Source: Anolis carolinensis
Taxonomy: Eukaryota
Assembly: GCF_035594765.1 (NCBI RefSeq)
Contig: NC_085841.1
Coordinates: 36,873,636 to 36,937,635 of the forward strand
Length of the DNA stretch: 64,000 nt
Direction: 5' to 3'
Part shown: piece after piece, positions 62,849 through 64,000 of the stretch
How positions within the stretch are numbered: position 1 is the stretch's first letter
Layout of the letters: every line of letters begins with the position of its first letter
Program-made: the position numbers and the translations under genes
Notes under the pieces: model-generated
Database searches by the model: none
Told to the model about the DNA's origin: nothing
The model's input: only the letters and a program-made list of their open reading frames with translations

Positions 62849-64000
62849 GTCTAGCATATCTGGGGATGGCTGATTTTAGACTAATTTGAATTTTAAATGT
62901 AATCAAGGTGATGTCAGGGTATGCAGACCATTGGTAATAACATTTGGCAGTATTATATTGAGTGCACTGTAGAAGCTAAACAAATCCTACTTATTTGTTA
63001 TTTGATAAACAAATTGGTTTATTTTGGAAGAGTTGGAATATTTCCAGTTGATGTGTAATAACCAGGATTATTTTAGCACACACTTTTAAGTTGCTTAGTC
63101 TGAAAGAACAGAAACAATACTCTGAACTTTATTTCTTCAGCTAGTTTTCTGTTACTTGTTTAACATGCCAGTCCTTCTCAAACTTTGGTAAAAGCTATAA
63201 CTCAATGGAAAAGCAAATTATTTGTATACGGAAGGACTCAAATCAGCCTTTGATATCTGACACCTTCTTGGAAGTCCCTCAGCCTGAAACGTAGAAGAGT
63301 CAGGATCAACAACTGTATTGTGCTGTATGAAGCAATGATGACATGGTAGCTTTCTATATTCCTTATTCTGTATTATTTCTGCATATAGATAAATATAAAT
63401 TGATGTACTTCTAAATTTGTTTAAATTTAAATTTGTGTTTCAATGCTGTAAGATTGCTCAATAGATCTGCTTAGAACTGCTTTCAGAATGGATTTTGGAT
63501 CCTATTAGATAATTTTAATAATGGTTTAGAAAATATTTTATCTTATCAGAAAACAAAAAATGGCATCACTTTAAACATAACGACAAAAGTGGCCCATCTA
63601 CTATTTATACAGCAAATGAGTAACAAAAAGGTTTAAAGATGTAGTGATGTGCTAAAAGACACGTATGTATTTTATCACTGAAGGCACTTGTATTGATATT
63701 ACCAGAAGTTAATAACAAATAAATATGATAGGCAGCAAAACTGTAGTAGAATTATTGATTTGACAGACACAATTTTTTATTTCTGTTTGGAAGGGTAGTT
63801 GAATTAATTCTATCTCCACAGAGGCTGAGTAAATAAACCTTTGCCCTCCTTTTGAAGTAGGACATTGACCTAAGAAGCTTTTATTAGAATTTGCTTTAAG
63901 CTTGCTTGTATAATGTCACTTGATGCCTGCATTGGAAGCAGTACATGTTTTGATATGTCTATAAAGCACAGCCAAAGAAATGGTTTAGTGACTAATTTTT

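Noticed and set aside
60777-64000. MIA3 exon 8, a short exon following the transmembrane exon
   Set aside because: No convincing AG-exon-GT candidate with the expected VKxRxYQ-like peptide was seen. It probably lies beyond the window.

Overview
Vertebrate genomic DNA, most likely a squamate (probably an Anolis lizard, judging from Sauria-type SINEs, BovB, Penelope, CR1/L2 and abundant MITEs). Two intron-containing genes sit head-to-head, as at human 1q41. (1) A complete TAF1A (SL1/TIF-IB 48-kDa subunit) lies on the minus strand: 10 coding exons at 601-13970 (464 aa), plus a probable non-coding exon 1 and CpG promoter at about 17.4-17.7 kb. (2) The 5' part of MIA3/TANGO1 lies on the plus strand: exons 1-7 at 30351-60776, encoding signal peptide, SH3-like MOTH domain, a 2854-nt acidic lumenal exon and the transmembrane exon; the gene runs off the window. 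A second CpG promoter and in-frame alternative first exon (56893-56994) in MIA3 intron 6 correspond to the short isoform TANGO1S. The rest is transposon-derived. I found no clearly new biological system. The best leads are minimal hammerhead-ribozyme motifs in Penelope fragments, the dual MIA3 promoters sharing TGACGTGTC, hAT MITEs carrying captured cargo, and a possible truncating acceptor before MIA3 exon 5. Gene and repeat names and comparisons to human come from recall, not from database searches.
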